Shown here: positions 15,175-29,484 of the stretch, one piece after another
How positions within the stretch are numbered: position 1 is the stretch's first letter
Layout of the letters: the number at the start of each line of letters is the position of its first letter
Source of the DNA: the human T2T-CHM13v2.0 reference genome, Homo sapiens
NCBI RefSeq assembly: GCF_009914755.1
Contig: NC_060928.1
Reading direction: 5' to 3' (one strand)
DNA length: 64,000 bases
Made by a program: the position numbers and the translations under genes
The notes under the pieces: generated by a model
The model's database searches: none
What the model saw: only the letters and a program-made list of their open reading frames with translations
What the model was told of the DNA's origin: nothing

Positions 15175-16274
15175 CCCATTTCTGCTGCTATAACAAAATA
15201 CATCAGACTGAGTAATTAATAAATTAAAAAGCTTTATTTATCCAGAAAGCTGTTCTGAAGGCTACTAAGTCCAAGATCAAGGCAAAGGTGGATTCAGTGT
15301 ATGGAGAATCTTACTCTCTGCTTCAAGATGGTGCCTCTTGCTGCATCCTCACATGGCAGAAGAGATGAAGAAGAAGATGAAGATGAAGAAGATGAAGATG
15401 AAGAAGAGATGACAGAAGAAGATTAAGATGGTGCCTCTTGCTGCATCTTCACATGGCAGAAGAAATGAAGAAGAAGATGAAAATGAAGATGATGAAGATG
15501 AAGAGGATGAAGATGAAGAAGAAGAAGAGATGGCAGAAGAAGATGAAGATGGTGCCTCCTGCTGCATCCTCACATGGCAGAAGAGATGAAGAAGAAGATG
15601 AAGATGAAGAAGAGATGACAGCAGAAGAGGAACATGGTGCCTCTTGCTGCATCCTCACATGACAGAAGAGATGAAGAAGAAGATGAAAATGAAGAAGATG
15701 ATGAAGATGAAGAAGATGATGAAGAAGAAGAACAGATGGCAGAAGAAGATGAAGATGGTGCCTTTTGCTGCATCCTCACATGGCAGAAGAGATGAAGAAG
15801 ATGAAGATGAAGATGAAGAAGAAGAAGAAGAGATGGCAGAAGAAGATGAAGATGGTGTCTCTTGCTGCATCTTCACATGGCAGAAGAGATGAAGAAGAAG
15901 ATGAAGATGAAGAAGATGAAGATGAGGAAGATGAAGAAGAAGATAATGAAGATGAAGAAGAGATGGCAGAAGAAGAGGAAGATGGTGCCTCTTGCTGCAT
16001 CCTCACGTGGCAGAAGAAATGAAAGTGCAAGGCAGCTCTCTGAGGTCTCTTTGGACTTTAATCTTATTCATGAAGGACTTTAATTTCATTCATGAAGGTG
16101 GAGCCCTCATGGCCTAGTCACCTCCCAAAGGCCCCACTTTTTAATATCATACCTTGTTGATTAGGTGAAAGGCCTCTAGTCACCTCCCAAAGGCCTCACT
16201 TTTTAATATCATACCTTGATGATTAGGTTCCAATATATGAATTTTGCAGGGACACATACATTCAAACCATAGCA
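15175..16274 (-). mobile_element. MaLR LTR (MST/MLT1A type) hosting a VNTR
   Basis: gctgctataacaaaatac..ccaagatcaaggc..cattcaaaccatagca. Confidence 0.8.
15326..16020. repeat. Composite VNTR: 7 copies of a ~39-bp core separated by (GAA/GAT)n tracts
   Basis: aagatggtgcctcttgctgcatcctcacatggcagaaga at about 15326, 15426, 15547, 15631, 15752, 15849 and 15979. Confidence 0.95.
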
Positions 16275-17088
16275 CCGAGACTTCCCCTTCCTACCTCAAT
16301 AGCGTGGGCAGCAGAGACATACACAGTTCTCCTTGGCAGCCACCAGTTCATGTCTCTGCTGTCATTTCTGGCACATCAGTGTGTGTTTTAGGCAGGATGA
16401 CAGTGGCTTTATACATTTTTCAGTATGATCACCTAATTTCACATTAGGTGATGGTGACTCGGAATCAATGTGAAAAGAAAAAATTCAGACGCAAAAGATG
16501 ATGGTTTTCACTCTTTATTTAAGTATGTTCTACTTGTGCCCAAACCTGATGCTGATTGGATTCTCTGTGCTTTTGCTTTAATGGGATAACGGAAGGGGAA
16601 GAATAAGAAGAATATGACTGAGGGAATGTGCTGCTCTAACTGGTCTGTTTTTTATTACATTTTATTTTAGAGGTGCCATAAATGCATTTTCTTGGCTCTC
16701 ATGTCTTTTTAAGAACTTTATATATTGTAACTGTCTGGGAAAATTACCACCTTATTTAAATTAAGTATCCTTAAAGAGATCAGCCTTTATAATGATGAAA
16801 GACTCATTTTCCCACATGAATCCTTTATTTTGTTTTATTATTTTTAAATGAAGGACAAATATGGATAATATAGATTTTAATATAGATAAAATACACATTC
16901 ATATAAAGGTACATTAAATCATCAGCTCTAGCTATCCCAGTTGATGTTTCCTTAGATTTTTACTCTATCTGTATCATACATTTGTACATTTAACATAATG
17001 TTAACTCTATTCATATATTAATATATCATAGCTCTCCAAGCTACAGTCCATGTAGCAATTATTGCTTCAGAGATTCCATGGAAGCTAC

Positions 17089-17156
17089 CAGGTTTGACAG
17101 TTCTTAGTACTAATAATCCTGTTCTTGGACTCTGCATCCAATTCATTCTGTGTCGC
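17089..17156 (-). pseudogene. Candidate cytoplasmic exon ATQNELDAESKNRIISTKNCQT
   Basis: cAG|gcg...tg|GTagct, 68 nt, open; phase 0 in and phase 2 out, matching both neighbouring candidate exons. Splice sites are weak. Confidence 0.4.
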
Positions 17157-17377
17157 CTGCTAGTTGTGGGTTGAGTTAAAACCAGTTGGAAGAACAAAAA
17201 TGGCATTAAAGATGTGTTTAAATTGTCATTGTGAATATCTTTATTTTACTTTTGTGTTTGAGGCTTCAGATTCTTAAATAACACAGTTGCTTCTAAAACA
17301 TTGGCTCTTCTTTTCTTTTCTTGGACTTCCATATCAACGCCCAAGACAGTACCTTTTTTTTTTTTTTTTTTTTATAA

Positions 17378-17548
<171 letters not shown>

Positions 17549-17809
17549 AGTGAAAATATTCTTTATATTCCATTAAGAGTCTTTTCAATACCATGATATC
17601 TTTTATTTAGTTGCAGACTTGTCGTGGAAATGAAGATGTCACTGGTCATGATCAATGATTATCCTCAGTTAAAAGTGTTCAGGTATCAGTTTATCTATAT
17701 TGATCTTTTGGTTAGTAGCTGTTTTCAATATTTCAGATAGTGTTAAAAATCACTGACGAGATGATCTAGCAGGGTGTGGCATTCGACAATTTGGAAAGAA
17801 TAAATTCAC

Positions 17810-17960
17810 CATGTCCTCTGCCACAAAACCTGTCCTGTTGAATTCCCAGGGTCATGGCCACCCCACTGGCATCCTGTGAGTCTTTCCTGTTTGCTAGAGA
17901 GATCAAAAGCTCAGGTGGTGGTAGTGGTGGTAGTGCGGAAATAAGCATAATTCTCTTACG
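17810..17960 (-). pseudogene. Candidate cytoplasmic exon with Pro-rich motif (ALPPLPPPE ... PWEFNRTGFVAEDM)
   Basis: Acceptor acttcctgtAG|, donor atg|GTgaat; the two motifs are in different frames, so a frameshift is required. Confidence 0.45.
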
Positions 17961-18354
17961 CTACAGGAAGTATGTTCAGCATACATATGAAGCTCTCTTA
18001 CTGGCCAAACTAGGTGTCCTGGGGTTGGAGCTTATCACATAAGCCCAGGCGTCTGAGAATGAAAGACCTGGGGCTTGAATGAAGCAATTTTGCCAACAGG
18101 GAGCTATCCAAGGTACTGGCCTCTTCCATCAGCACTTGCTGACCGGGTAGCGTGTAGCTGCTCTCCTGGCAGTGACACGTGCCATTTTGTCGGAAAGGAG
18201 CCAGCCCTGATTGCCTGAACCAAGTTCCATCCTGCTTGACCTGGTCTGACCTATGCCTGGCCTAGCCTTTCCTGACCTCTATACCTCACCTAACCTGTGC
18301 CTGTTGTGGCCGTGACATTGTCTGCTGTGACAACTGCCCCAGTTATAACCTAGA

Positions 18355-18579
18355 CCAAACTTCTCCAACACGCAGCCTGTGGGTTGCATGCAGCCCAGGA
18401 TGGCTTTGAATGTGGCCCAACACAAATTTATAAACTTTCTTAAAACGTTATAAGATTTTTTGTGATTTTTTTTCTCATCAGCTATCATTAGTATATTAGT
18501 GTTTCTGTATTTTATGTGTGGCCCAAGACAATTCTTCCAATGTGGGCAGGAAAGGAGGCCAAAAGATTGGACAGCCCTG
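18355..18579. mobile_element. MER30 hAT element
   Basis: gcagcccaggatggctttgaatgtggcccaacacaaattt..gccaaaagattggacagccctg. Confidence 0.8.
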
Positions 18580-18809
18580 ACCTAGACTAATGGTTCTGAA
18601 ACTTGGCTCAGCATCAGGGTTACCGGGAGACATTGTTAAAATAGCATGAATCAGAATCTCTAGGAGTGGGGCCTAGGAATTTGGGGACCGCTATCCTGGA
18701 TTAATTTCTTGGCTGTCTTACCATGTTTCCTGGAAGAGTTGACTCTAATTCCTCTTGTTTTTCTTTTCCACTGAATGGAATGTAAATTGTAGTATTTAAA
18801 TTTTTCAGA

Positions 18810-19760
18810 ATGAATAAACAAATGATGATATATCCATACAATGGAACAGTACTCAGCAATGGAAAGGAGCAAACTATCGATATGCTCTACACAATGGAGA
18901 AATCTCAAATAATTATGCTGACTGAAAGAAGTCATACAAAAAACTAAACATATTGTATAGTTGAATGTATATAACATTCTATGACATGCAGAGTAATCCA
19001 TAGTGATATAAACTCAGGGATGGGTTGGCAGGTGGGAGCACAAGAGGACTTTGTATGGGCTGGGTATGTTCGTTTCCTTTATACTTTTTTTTTTTTTTTT
19101 TTGAGACGGAATCTTGCTCTGTCCCCCAGGCTGGAGTATAGTGGCATGATCTCGACTCAGTGCAACCTCTGGCCTCCTGGGTTCAAGAGATTCTTCTGCC
19201 TCAGCCTCAAAGTAGCTGGGATTATAGACATGCACCCCTATACCTGGCTAATTTTTGTATTTGTGGTAGAGATGGGGTTTCACCATGTTGGTCAGACTGG
19301 TCTCAAACTCCCAACCTCAAGCAATCCACCCGCCTTGGCCTCCCAAAGTGCTGAGATTACAGACGGGAGCCACAGTGCCCAGCCCATTTCCTTTATTCTA
19401 ATCATTATTTTATGGGTGCACACACACATGAAATTATATCCTTTAAGCAATTTCTTGTTTATTGAATGTCAGCTATAACTCAATAAAGCTGTTAAAAATA
19501 AATAAATAAAAGTTTCAGGGAGATGATTGGATAAAAGTGTATTAAAAATCCTTATGCTATTAAAAACATTATGGAGGTTCTTCAAAAAATTAAAAATAGA
19601 ATTACCACATGATCCAGCAATCCTATTACTGGACCTATTTCCAAAGGAAATAAAATCAGTATGTCAAAGAGCTATCTGCATCTCATGTTCACTGCAGCAT
19701 TAGTCACAGTGGCCAAGATTTCTTAGGAACCAACCCAAGTGTCCATCAACAGATGACTGG
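18810..19760 (+). mobile_element. Old L1M fragments with an AluS (19085-19384, -) inserted
   Basis: atccatacaatggaa..tactcagcaat; atagaattaccacatgatccagcaattcc. Confidence 0.75.
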
Positions 19761-19764
19761 TGAT

Positions 19765-22700
19765 GGCTCACAGGGAAGAGAGAATGAGCTCCTCTCTGTA
19801 TGGTGGCTGCAGTATGCTGGAGGTGCCTGTGACATGACTAGGCCCCTTGCTCCTTCCCCAGCCCAAGGACAGTAAAGGCAGTATCTGTACTGCTGCAGTT
19901 GCAATGGGAGAGGGGCTATGGTTTGTCTCTAGGATTTCTTCCCCAGAAAATGTAAAGCCTCCACCGACTGAAGTGTTCAGGCAGAGGCAGGGTGGTTGTG
20001 CTAGGAGCCCAGTTTGAGAGGCCCTGCCCAGTGAGGTATAACAGAAGCAGGGACATGCGGAAAACAGTCTGGCCACTTTTCCATCAGGCAGCCATGCTGT
20101 GCTGGGGATCGACTAAGTCCTTAATTTTTTCACTCCCTCCCAAGCCTGAAGGGAACAGAGGAGGAGAAAGCTGCAAAGCAGCAAAGGTAGTGGCTTGCTT
20201 GCTACTACTGGGAGCTCCGTCCCAGGGAAGTGCAGAGTAGCTGTTGGCCTGAGAGCCCAGATGGAGATGGGATGGCTGAGGTCCCACATTGGGAGGCTCT
20301 GCCCAGTGAGGAGTAGTAGGGAAAGGTACCCACGTGGAAAACAGTGTGGCCACTTTTCCTAAGGCAGCAAAACTTGTGGGCCTGCCTGCTCCCTCTAGGA
20401 GCTCTGTCCCAGGGAAGCACCTTCTACCCTTCACCAGGCAGGGCCCTCAGCCTGGGCCCATAGAGCAGCTTCCCACTCCCAAGTGAGCATTTCCACTGGT
20501 GGTGGCTCTGAGTTTCTCTGGGATGGATCTTCCAGAGGCAACTGACAGCCCCTCTGCCACTACCACTGCAGTGGTTCTGCCCTTGCTGCCCTTATACTAA
20601 GGAAAAGGACAAAGAGCCTGAGGGCTTTACTTATACCATCAGCTGCAGCTGCCCTAAGGAAAGAGGGCAGTCTGTCTTCTCTGTGAGCCTTGTTCCTGCT
20701 GTTTGTCTCCAGGCAGAGCCTCCTGGCTTAGGCCCACAAGGCAGCCACTGGAGTCTGGGCCAATTGCACTGATTGGTCATGGCTCTGCATTTCTCTGGAT
20801 TGGAGCTTCAAGAGACAAGTGAAAGGCCCTCTGCCATTGTGTCAAGGTCCCTGACCCGAAGCTGGGTAGGGAACGTAAAGCCTGAGCTCACCCCAGGGCT
20901 GCAATGTGCAGCCCAGGAGTGCCAAGTCTAGATCTGCAGCCAGCACTCAGGTAGGAGAGGAGCTCATACTCTCAGAGCACAAAGAGGGAGCAGAGCTGCA
21001 AATGTGAGGAAATACAGAGGAGCCATGTGGCTGAGCACAAGCCTGCCTATCAGCCATGACGCTTAAGCACCATTTACTGGATCACAGCCCAATTGCAATG
21101 CCAAAAATACTTTGCTAATATACCCACGTGAAACCAAGGACAAGAATTCAAATAAAGACCGTGAACAAAGCCTTGGGCCTCTGAAAACACCCAGAAACAA
21201 ATGCAACTGACCACACACAAATTACACCACAGCTAGAGGAAAACCAGCCCACACAGATGAGAAAGAACCAGTGCAAGAACTCTGGCAACTCAAAAAACCA
21301 GAGCGTCTTTTTACCTCCAAATGACCTCACTAGTTCCACAGTAATGGTTCTTAACAAGGCTGAAATGGCTGAAATGACAGAAATAGAATTGAGAATGTGG
21401 ATCAGAATGAAGATCATCAAGATTCAGGAGAAAACTGAAACCCAATCCAAGGAATCTAAGGAACAAGAGAAAATGATACAGGATGTAAAAGACAAAATGG
21501 CCATTTTAAGAAAGAAGAAAACTGATCTGATAGAGCTGAAAAACTTACTTCAAGAATTTCATAATACAGTCACAAGTATTAACAGAATAAGTGGTCAAAC
21601 TGAGGAAAAGAATCTCAGAGCTTAAAGATTAGTTTTCTGAAATAATTCAGTCAGACAAAAACAAAGCAAAACCAATAAAGAATGAAAAAAAAACCTCTTA
21701 GAAATATGGGATTATGTAAAGAGACCAAATCTATGACTCATTGTTGTCCCTGAAAGAGAAAGACAGAAAGCAAGCAACTTGGAAAACATTTTTGAGGATA
21801 TAATCCATGAAAATTTCCTCAACTGTAATAGCAAGGCCAACATTCAAATTCAGGAAATGCAGAGAACCCCTATGAGATACTATACAGGATGACCATCCCC
21901 AAGACACATAGTCATCACATTCTTCAAAGTCAGAATGAAAGAAAACATGTCCCTCTCCCTCTCCTTCTCCCTCTCCCTCTCCCTCTCCCTCGTCTCCCTC
22001 TCCCTCTCCCTCTCCCCGGTCTCCCTCTGATGCCACCAAAGTTGTGAAAGCCGAGGCTGGACTGTACTGCCGCCATCTGGGCTCACTGCAACCTCCCTGC
22101 CTGATTCTCCTGCCTCAGCCTGCAGAGTGCCTGGGATTGCAGGCGCACGCCGCCACACCTGACTGGTTTTTGCATTTTTTGGTGGAGACGGGGTTTCGCC
22201 GTGTTGGCGGGGCTGGTCTCCAGCTCCTGACCGCGAGTGATCTGCCTGCCTCGGCCTCCCGAGGTGCCGGGATTGCAGACGGAGTCTCGCTCACTCAGTG
22301 CTCAATGTTGCCCAGGCTGGAGTGCAGTGGCGTGATCTCGGCTCGCTACAACCTCCACCTGCCAGCCGCCTGCCTTGGCCTCCCAAAGTGCCGAGATTGC
22401 AGCCTCTGCCCGGCCGCCACCCCGTCTGGGAAGTGAGGAGCGTCTCTGCCTGGCCGCCCATCATCTGGGATGTGAAGAGCCCCTCTGACTGGCCGCCCAG
22501 TCTGGGAAATGAGGAGTGCCTCTTCCCGGCCGCCATCGCCTGTAGGAAGTGAGGAGCGTCTCTGCCTGGCCGCCCTGTCTGAGAAGTGAGGAGCTCCTCC
22601 GCCTGGCAGCCGCCCCGTCTGGGAAGTGAGGAGCCTCTCCGCCCGGCAGCCGCCCCGTCTGCGAAGTGAGGAGCCCCTCTGCCTGGCAGCCGCCCCGTCC

Positions 22701-23419
22701 AGGAGGTGGGGGGCAGCCCCCGCCCCGCCAGCTGCCCCATCCGGGAGGGAGGTGGGGGGCCAGCCCCCACCGGGCCAGCCGCCCCGTCCAGGAGGGAGGT
22801 GGGGGGGCGTCTCCGCCTGGCCACTGCCCCGTCTGGGGGTGGGGGGCGCCTCTGCCCGGCCGCCCCATCTGGGAAGTGAGGAGACCCTCTGCCGGGCCGC
22901 CACCCTGTCTGGGATGTGTACCCAACAGCTCATTGAGAACGGGCCATGATGACGATGGCGGTTTTGTCGAATAGAAAAGGGGGAAATATGGGGAAAAGAA
23001 AGAGAGATCAGATTGTTACTGTGTCTGTGTAGAAAGAAGTAGACATGGGAGACTCCGTTTTGTTCTGTACTAAGAAAAATTCTTCTGCCCTGGGATGCTG
23101 TTAATCTATAACCTTACCCCCAACCCCATGCTCTCTGAAACATGTGCTGTATCCACTCAGGGTTAAATGGATTAAGGGAGGTGCAAGATGTGCTTTGTTA
23201 AACAGATGCTTGAAGGCAGCATGCTCATTAAGAGTCATCACCACTCCCTAATCTCAAGTACCCAGGGACACAAACACTGCAGAAGGCCGCAGGGTCCTCT
23301 GTCTAGGAAAACCAGAGACCCTTGTTCACATGTTTATCTGCTGACCTTCCCTCCACTATTGTCCTATGACCCTGCCAAATCCCCCTCTGCGAGAAACACC
23401 CAAGAATGATCAATAAATA

Positions 23420-23469
<50 letters not shown>

Positions 23470-26400
23470 CATGTCAAAGGCAGCTGGAAGTAAGGGGCAG
23501 ATCACCTTCAAAGGGAACCTATCAGACTAGTAGCAGATGTCTCAGTGGAAACTCTACATGCCAGAAGAGATTGGGGCCCATGTTCAACATTCTTAAAGAA
23601 AAGAAATTCCAACCAAGAATTTCATATCTAGCCAAACTAAGTTTCATAAGTGAAGAAGAAATAAGATCTGTTTCAAACAAGCAAATGCTAAGGAAAAATT
23701 TGTTACTACCAGTCCTGCCTTATAAGAGGTCCTTAAGAGAATGCAAAATATGAAAAGCAAAGATCATTACCAGCCATCACAAAAAAACACTGAAGTACAT
23801 AGACCATTGACACTATGAAGCAGCCACACAATCAAGTTTGCGTAATAACCAGTTAACAACATGATGATAGGATCAAACCCACACATATTAATATTATCCT
23901 TGAATGTCAATGGGCTAAATGCCCCCAATTAAAAGGGACAGAGTGGCAAGTTGGATAAAGAAGCAAGACCCAATTGTACACTGTCTTCAAGAGACCTATC
24001 TCATATGTAATGATTCCCATAGGCTCAAAGTAAAGGGATGAAGAAAAATCTAACAAGGAAATGGAAAACAGAAAAAAGCAGGGGTTGCTACTCTAATATC
24101 AGAAAAAACACACTTTAAACCAACAACAATTAAAAAAGAAAAAGGAGGGCATTAAATAATGGTAAAGGGTTCAGTTCAATAAGATGACCTAACTATCCTA
24201 AATATATATGCACCCAACACAGGATCACCCAGATTCATAAAGCAAGCTCTTAGAGACCCATGAAAAAACTTAGACTCCCACACAATCATAGTGGGAGATT
24301 TCAACACCCCATCTACAGTATTAGACAGATCATCAAGGCAGAAAACTGGCAAAGAAATTTGGAACCTGAGCTTGATACTTCACCAAATGGGCCTAATAGA
24401 TATTTACAGAACTCTCCACCCCAAAACAACAGAATATACATTCTTCTTATCTGCACATGGCACATACTCTAAAATTGACCACACAATTGGACATAAAACA
24501 ATCCTCAGAAAATTAAAAAAAAAACCCAACCTGTCATACCAAACACACTCTCAGAACACAGTGCAATAAAACTAGAAATCAATACTAAGAAAAGCACTCA
24601 AAATCATATAGTTACATGGAAATTAAACAACCTGCTCCTGAATGACTTTTGAGTACATAATGAAGTAAAGACAGAAATCAAGAAACCCTTTGAAACTAAT
24701 TAGAACAAAGATATAACATACCAGAATCTCTGGGACACAGCTAAAGTGGTGTTAAGAGGAAAGTTTATAGCACTAGAGACACACATCGAAAAAATTATAA
24801 AGATCTCAAATTAACAACCTAACAACTCACCTGGAGGAACTAAAGAAACAAGAGCAAACCAACCCCAGAGCTAGCAGAAGACAAGAAATAACCAAAATCA
24901 GAGCTGAACTGAAGGAAATAGAGATGTGAAAAATCATACAAAAGATCAATGAATCCAGGAGTTTGTTCTTTGAAAACCTTAATAAGATTGACAGACCACT
25001 AGCTAGACTAATAAAGAAAAAAGAGAATATCCAAATAAACTCTATCAAAAATGTCAAAGGGGACATTACCACTGACCCCACAGAAATACAGATAACCCCC
25101 AGAGACTACTACAAACACACAAACTAGAAAACCTAGAAGAAATAGATAAATCTTGGAAACATACAACCTCCCAAGATTGAACCAGGAAGAAATACAATCC
25201 CTGAACAGACCAAAAATGAGTTCTGAAATTGACTCTGTAATAAGAAGTCTTCTAACCAGAAAAATCTCAGGACTAGATAGATTCATAGTCAAATTCTCCC
25301 AGATTTATAAAGCTGGTGCCACTCCTACTGAAGCTATTTTTAAAAATTGAGGAGGAGAGACTCCTCCCTAACTCATTCTATGAGGCCAGCATCATTTTGA
25401 TACCCAAACCTGGCAGAGACACAACAAAAAAAGAAAACTTCAGGCCAACATTCTTGATGAACACAGGTGCAAAAATCCTCAGCAAAATACTAGCAAACTG
25501 AATCCAGCAGCACTTAAAAAAGGGAATCCACCAGGATCAAGTAGGGTTTATTCTTGGGATGCAAGTTTGGTTCAACATACACAAATCAATAAATGTGATC
25601 CATCATATAAGCAGAACTAAATACAAAAACCACAGATGACCATCTCAACAGATATAGAAAAGGCTTTCAGTAAAATTCAAAACTTCGTATTAAAAACTCC
25701 CAACAAATTAGGCATTGAAGGAACATACCTCAAAATAATAAGAGCCATCTATGAAAAACCCCACAGCCAACATAATACTGAGTAGGCAAAAGCTGGAAGC
25801 ATTCCCTCTGAGAGCCAGAACAAAACAAGGATACCCACTCTCACGACTCCTAATCAACCTAGTCCTGGAAGTCCTAGTCAGAGCAATCAGGCAAGAGACA
25901 GAAAAAAAGGCATCCAAATAGGAAGAGAGGAAGTCAAACTGTCTTTCTTCACAGATGATATGATGCTATACCTAGAAAACCCCATAGTCTCTGCCCAAAA
26001 GCTCCTAGATAAACAACTTCAGCAAAGTTTTAGGATACAAAATCAACGTACAAAACTCAGTAGTATTTCTATATACCAACAATGTTGAAGCTGACAGCCA
26101 AATCAGAACACAATCTCATTCACAATAACCACAAAAGGAATAAAATGCCTAGGAATACAGCTAACCAGGGAGGTGAAAGATCTCTACAATGAGAATTACA
26201 AAACACTGCTCAAATAAATCAGAGATGACACAAGCAAATGGGAAAACATCCCATGGTCATGGAAAGGAAGAATCAATATTATTAAAAATGGCCATACTGC
26301 CCAAAGCAATGTACAGATTCAAGGCTATTCCTATCAAACTACCAATGACATTCTTCACAGAACTAGAAAAAAAAACTATTTTAAAATTCATATGAAACTA

Positions 26401-26736
26401 AACAAGAGCCCAAATAACCAAAGCAATCCTAAAGCAAAAAGAATGAAGCCGAAGGCATCACATTACCTGACTTCAAACTATATTACAAGGCTACAGTAAC
26501 CAAAATAGCATGGCACTGGTAGAAAAACAGACACACAGATCAATGGAACAGAATAGACAGCCCAGAAATAAAGCCACACACATATAACCATCTGATCTTC
26601 GACAAAGTTGACAAAAACAAGCATTGGGAAAGGACTCCTTATTCAATAAATGGTGCTGGAATAACTGGCTAGCCACATGCAGAAGACTGAAATTGGACCC
26701 CTTCCTTATACCATACACAAAAATTAACTCAAGATG
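19765..26736 (+). mobile_element. Older primate L1 (roughly L1PA10-13 age): 5'UTR, ORF1 and most of ORF2, 3' end missing
   Basis: ORF1 MRKNQCKNSGNSK (21257); ORF2 pieces [41 protein letters not shown]; many stops; breaks off at ..aattaactcaagatgg. Confidence 0.93.
21952..23461 (+). mobile_element. Full-length SVA (B/C-like) inserted in L1 ORF1
   Basis: (CCCTCT)n hexamers, Alu-like region, GC-rich VNTR, SINE-R, AATAAA plus polyA; 14-bp TSD aaagaaaacatgtc (21938-21951 and 23462-23475). Confidence 0.97.
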
Positions 26737-27590
26737 GGGGCAGACTAAGTTGATCTTCCAGAGTGACTGTCTCTTCCAGAATGGGCTGCAGAGTGCAGGC
26801 ATTGCTGTGCTCCAGCTCCTCTGGGCCTGTGTTGCCACACTCCCTACTGCTATGAGCTTCTTCAAAAGTTTCCCACTGTCTGGGCCAGTGGAGGGGCTCC
26901 TGTAGCAGCAGCCAGACACCAAGGCTGTGGTGAATGGGAAGGGCCTCAGCACTGGTACCCTTTATATTGCTGAGAGCCACCTGTCTTGGTTAGATGGCTC
27001 CGGATTAAGATTCTCACTGGAATGCCCCACCATTTGTTTACATGCATTGTCCAGGGACCAAAGTGACTATCTAGGAGAGCATTTGTATGTTATGGTGAAA
27101 GCCAAATTTGAAGAAGGATCAAAAGAATTTGTTGCTGACGAAGAAGAGGAAAATAGTGATAATGATGTGGAACTATTACTGAATTTAGATTTGTGCCTAG
27201 TGATAAATCAACATTGGAGGCAACATTCACTGCAATGTGTGAATGCCAGTACTTGCATCCAGATGCTGAAGATGAAGATTCAGATGCTTACGATGGAGAA
27301 GAATATGATGTGGAAGCGCAAGAACAAGGACATGGGGACATCCCTACATTTTACACCTGTGAGGAAGGATTTATCTCATCTAACAGCAGAGGGCCAAACA
27401 TGTTGGAGATTAGAAGGAACGCTTTCTCAGTCTGTAAGCTGCCAGTATCATATGGTTGGAGTCAGGACAGAAGACTCAATAGGAGATGATGAAGCTGGGA
27501 TGGAGGTGGATACCACACCAACAGTTGCTGGACAGTTTGAGGATGCAGATGTTGATCACTGAAAATGATTTATGCAGGTTTAAGATTGGC
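26737..27590 (+). pseudogene. Processed pseudogene of CLNS1A (pICln, methylosome subunit)
   Basis: Intronless. ATG 26852 [46 protein letters not shown]...AGQFEDADVDH* (TGA 27560-27562). Stop at 26903-26905; frameshifts near 27170 and 27370. 5'UTR present; no polyA tail. Confidence 0.95.
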
Positions 27591-27699
27591 CTCCTCTGTG
27601 GCTTTCAGATATAGGTACATCTTATAAATCAGGAACAAATAGGAAATTCCTTGAGGAAGTTGGTAAATCTAACAAAACATTGGAGATCATGGGGCCAAT

Positions 27700-29075
<1,376 letters not shown>

Positions 29076-29484
29076 TCTGCCCATTGTATGCATGTTCTTT
29101 GCATCAGGGCCTGGCTTTTTATACAAATGAGAACAATACATGATACCATCTGTACCTTCAAGGAAGGAGCAGTTTGGTAGAGTGGCAGAGGCAAGAGCTC
29201 TGGAGCTTGACAGACCTAGGTCCTGAGACATGGCTCTGTGAAATGGGTGACCTTGGACCTCCGAGCCTTTCTGAATTCAGTTTTCTAATCTATAAAATGG
29301 TAATAATTCTATCTACTTCTAGACTTTTTACAGTAACTTTTTTCCTGTTTTTACCTGCTATTGAATAGAGTAACTTTTATAGAATTCAAGTCCAATTTAT
29401 ATTAGCAGAAGTTGTATCTGCAGCTTACAAACAGTATATCATCACAGCAAAGAATACATGCCTGTGTATATGTTCCTCTCTTTA

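Larger units (their letters stand above)
14720..17003 (+). repeat. Dispersed direct duplication of ~200 bp (14720-14930 and 16790-17003)
   Basis: Both copies contain aatcctttattttgttttattatttttaaatgaaggac..aaaatacacattcatataaagg..cagttgatgtt..ttagatttttactctat. Confidence 0.85.

Noticed and set aside
15349-16083. Poly-E/D, poly-K/M and poly-S ORFs
   Set aside because: Translations of the GAA/GAT VNTR inside an LTR, with no splice or gene context. The repeat-spacer look is not CRISPR: the spacers are low-complexity triplets and the DNA is eukaryotic.
22044-23409. Long overlapping ORFs up to 195 aa
   Set aside because: Artefacts of the GC-rich SVA VNTR and Alu-like sequence.
26927-27562. 211-aa ORF as a functional CLNS1A retrogene
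   Set aside because: Upstream stop at codon 18, non-ATG start, and the middle third is out of frame between compensating frameshifts.
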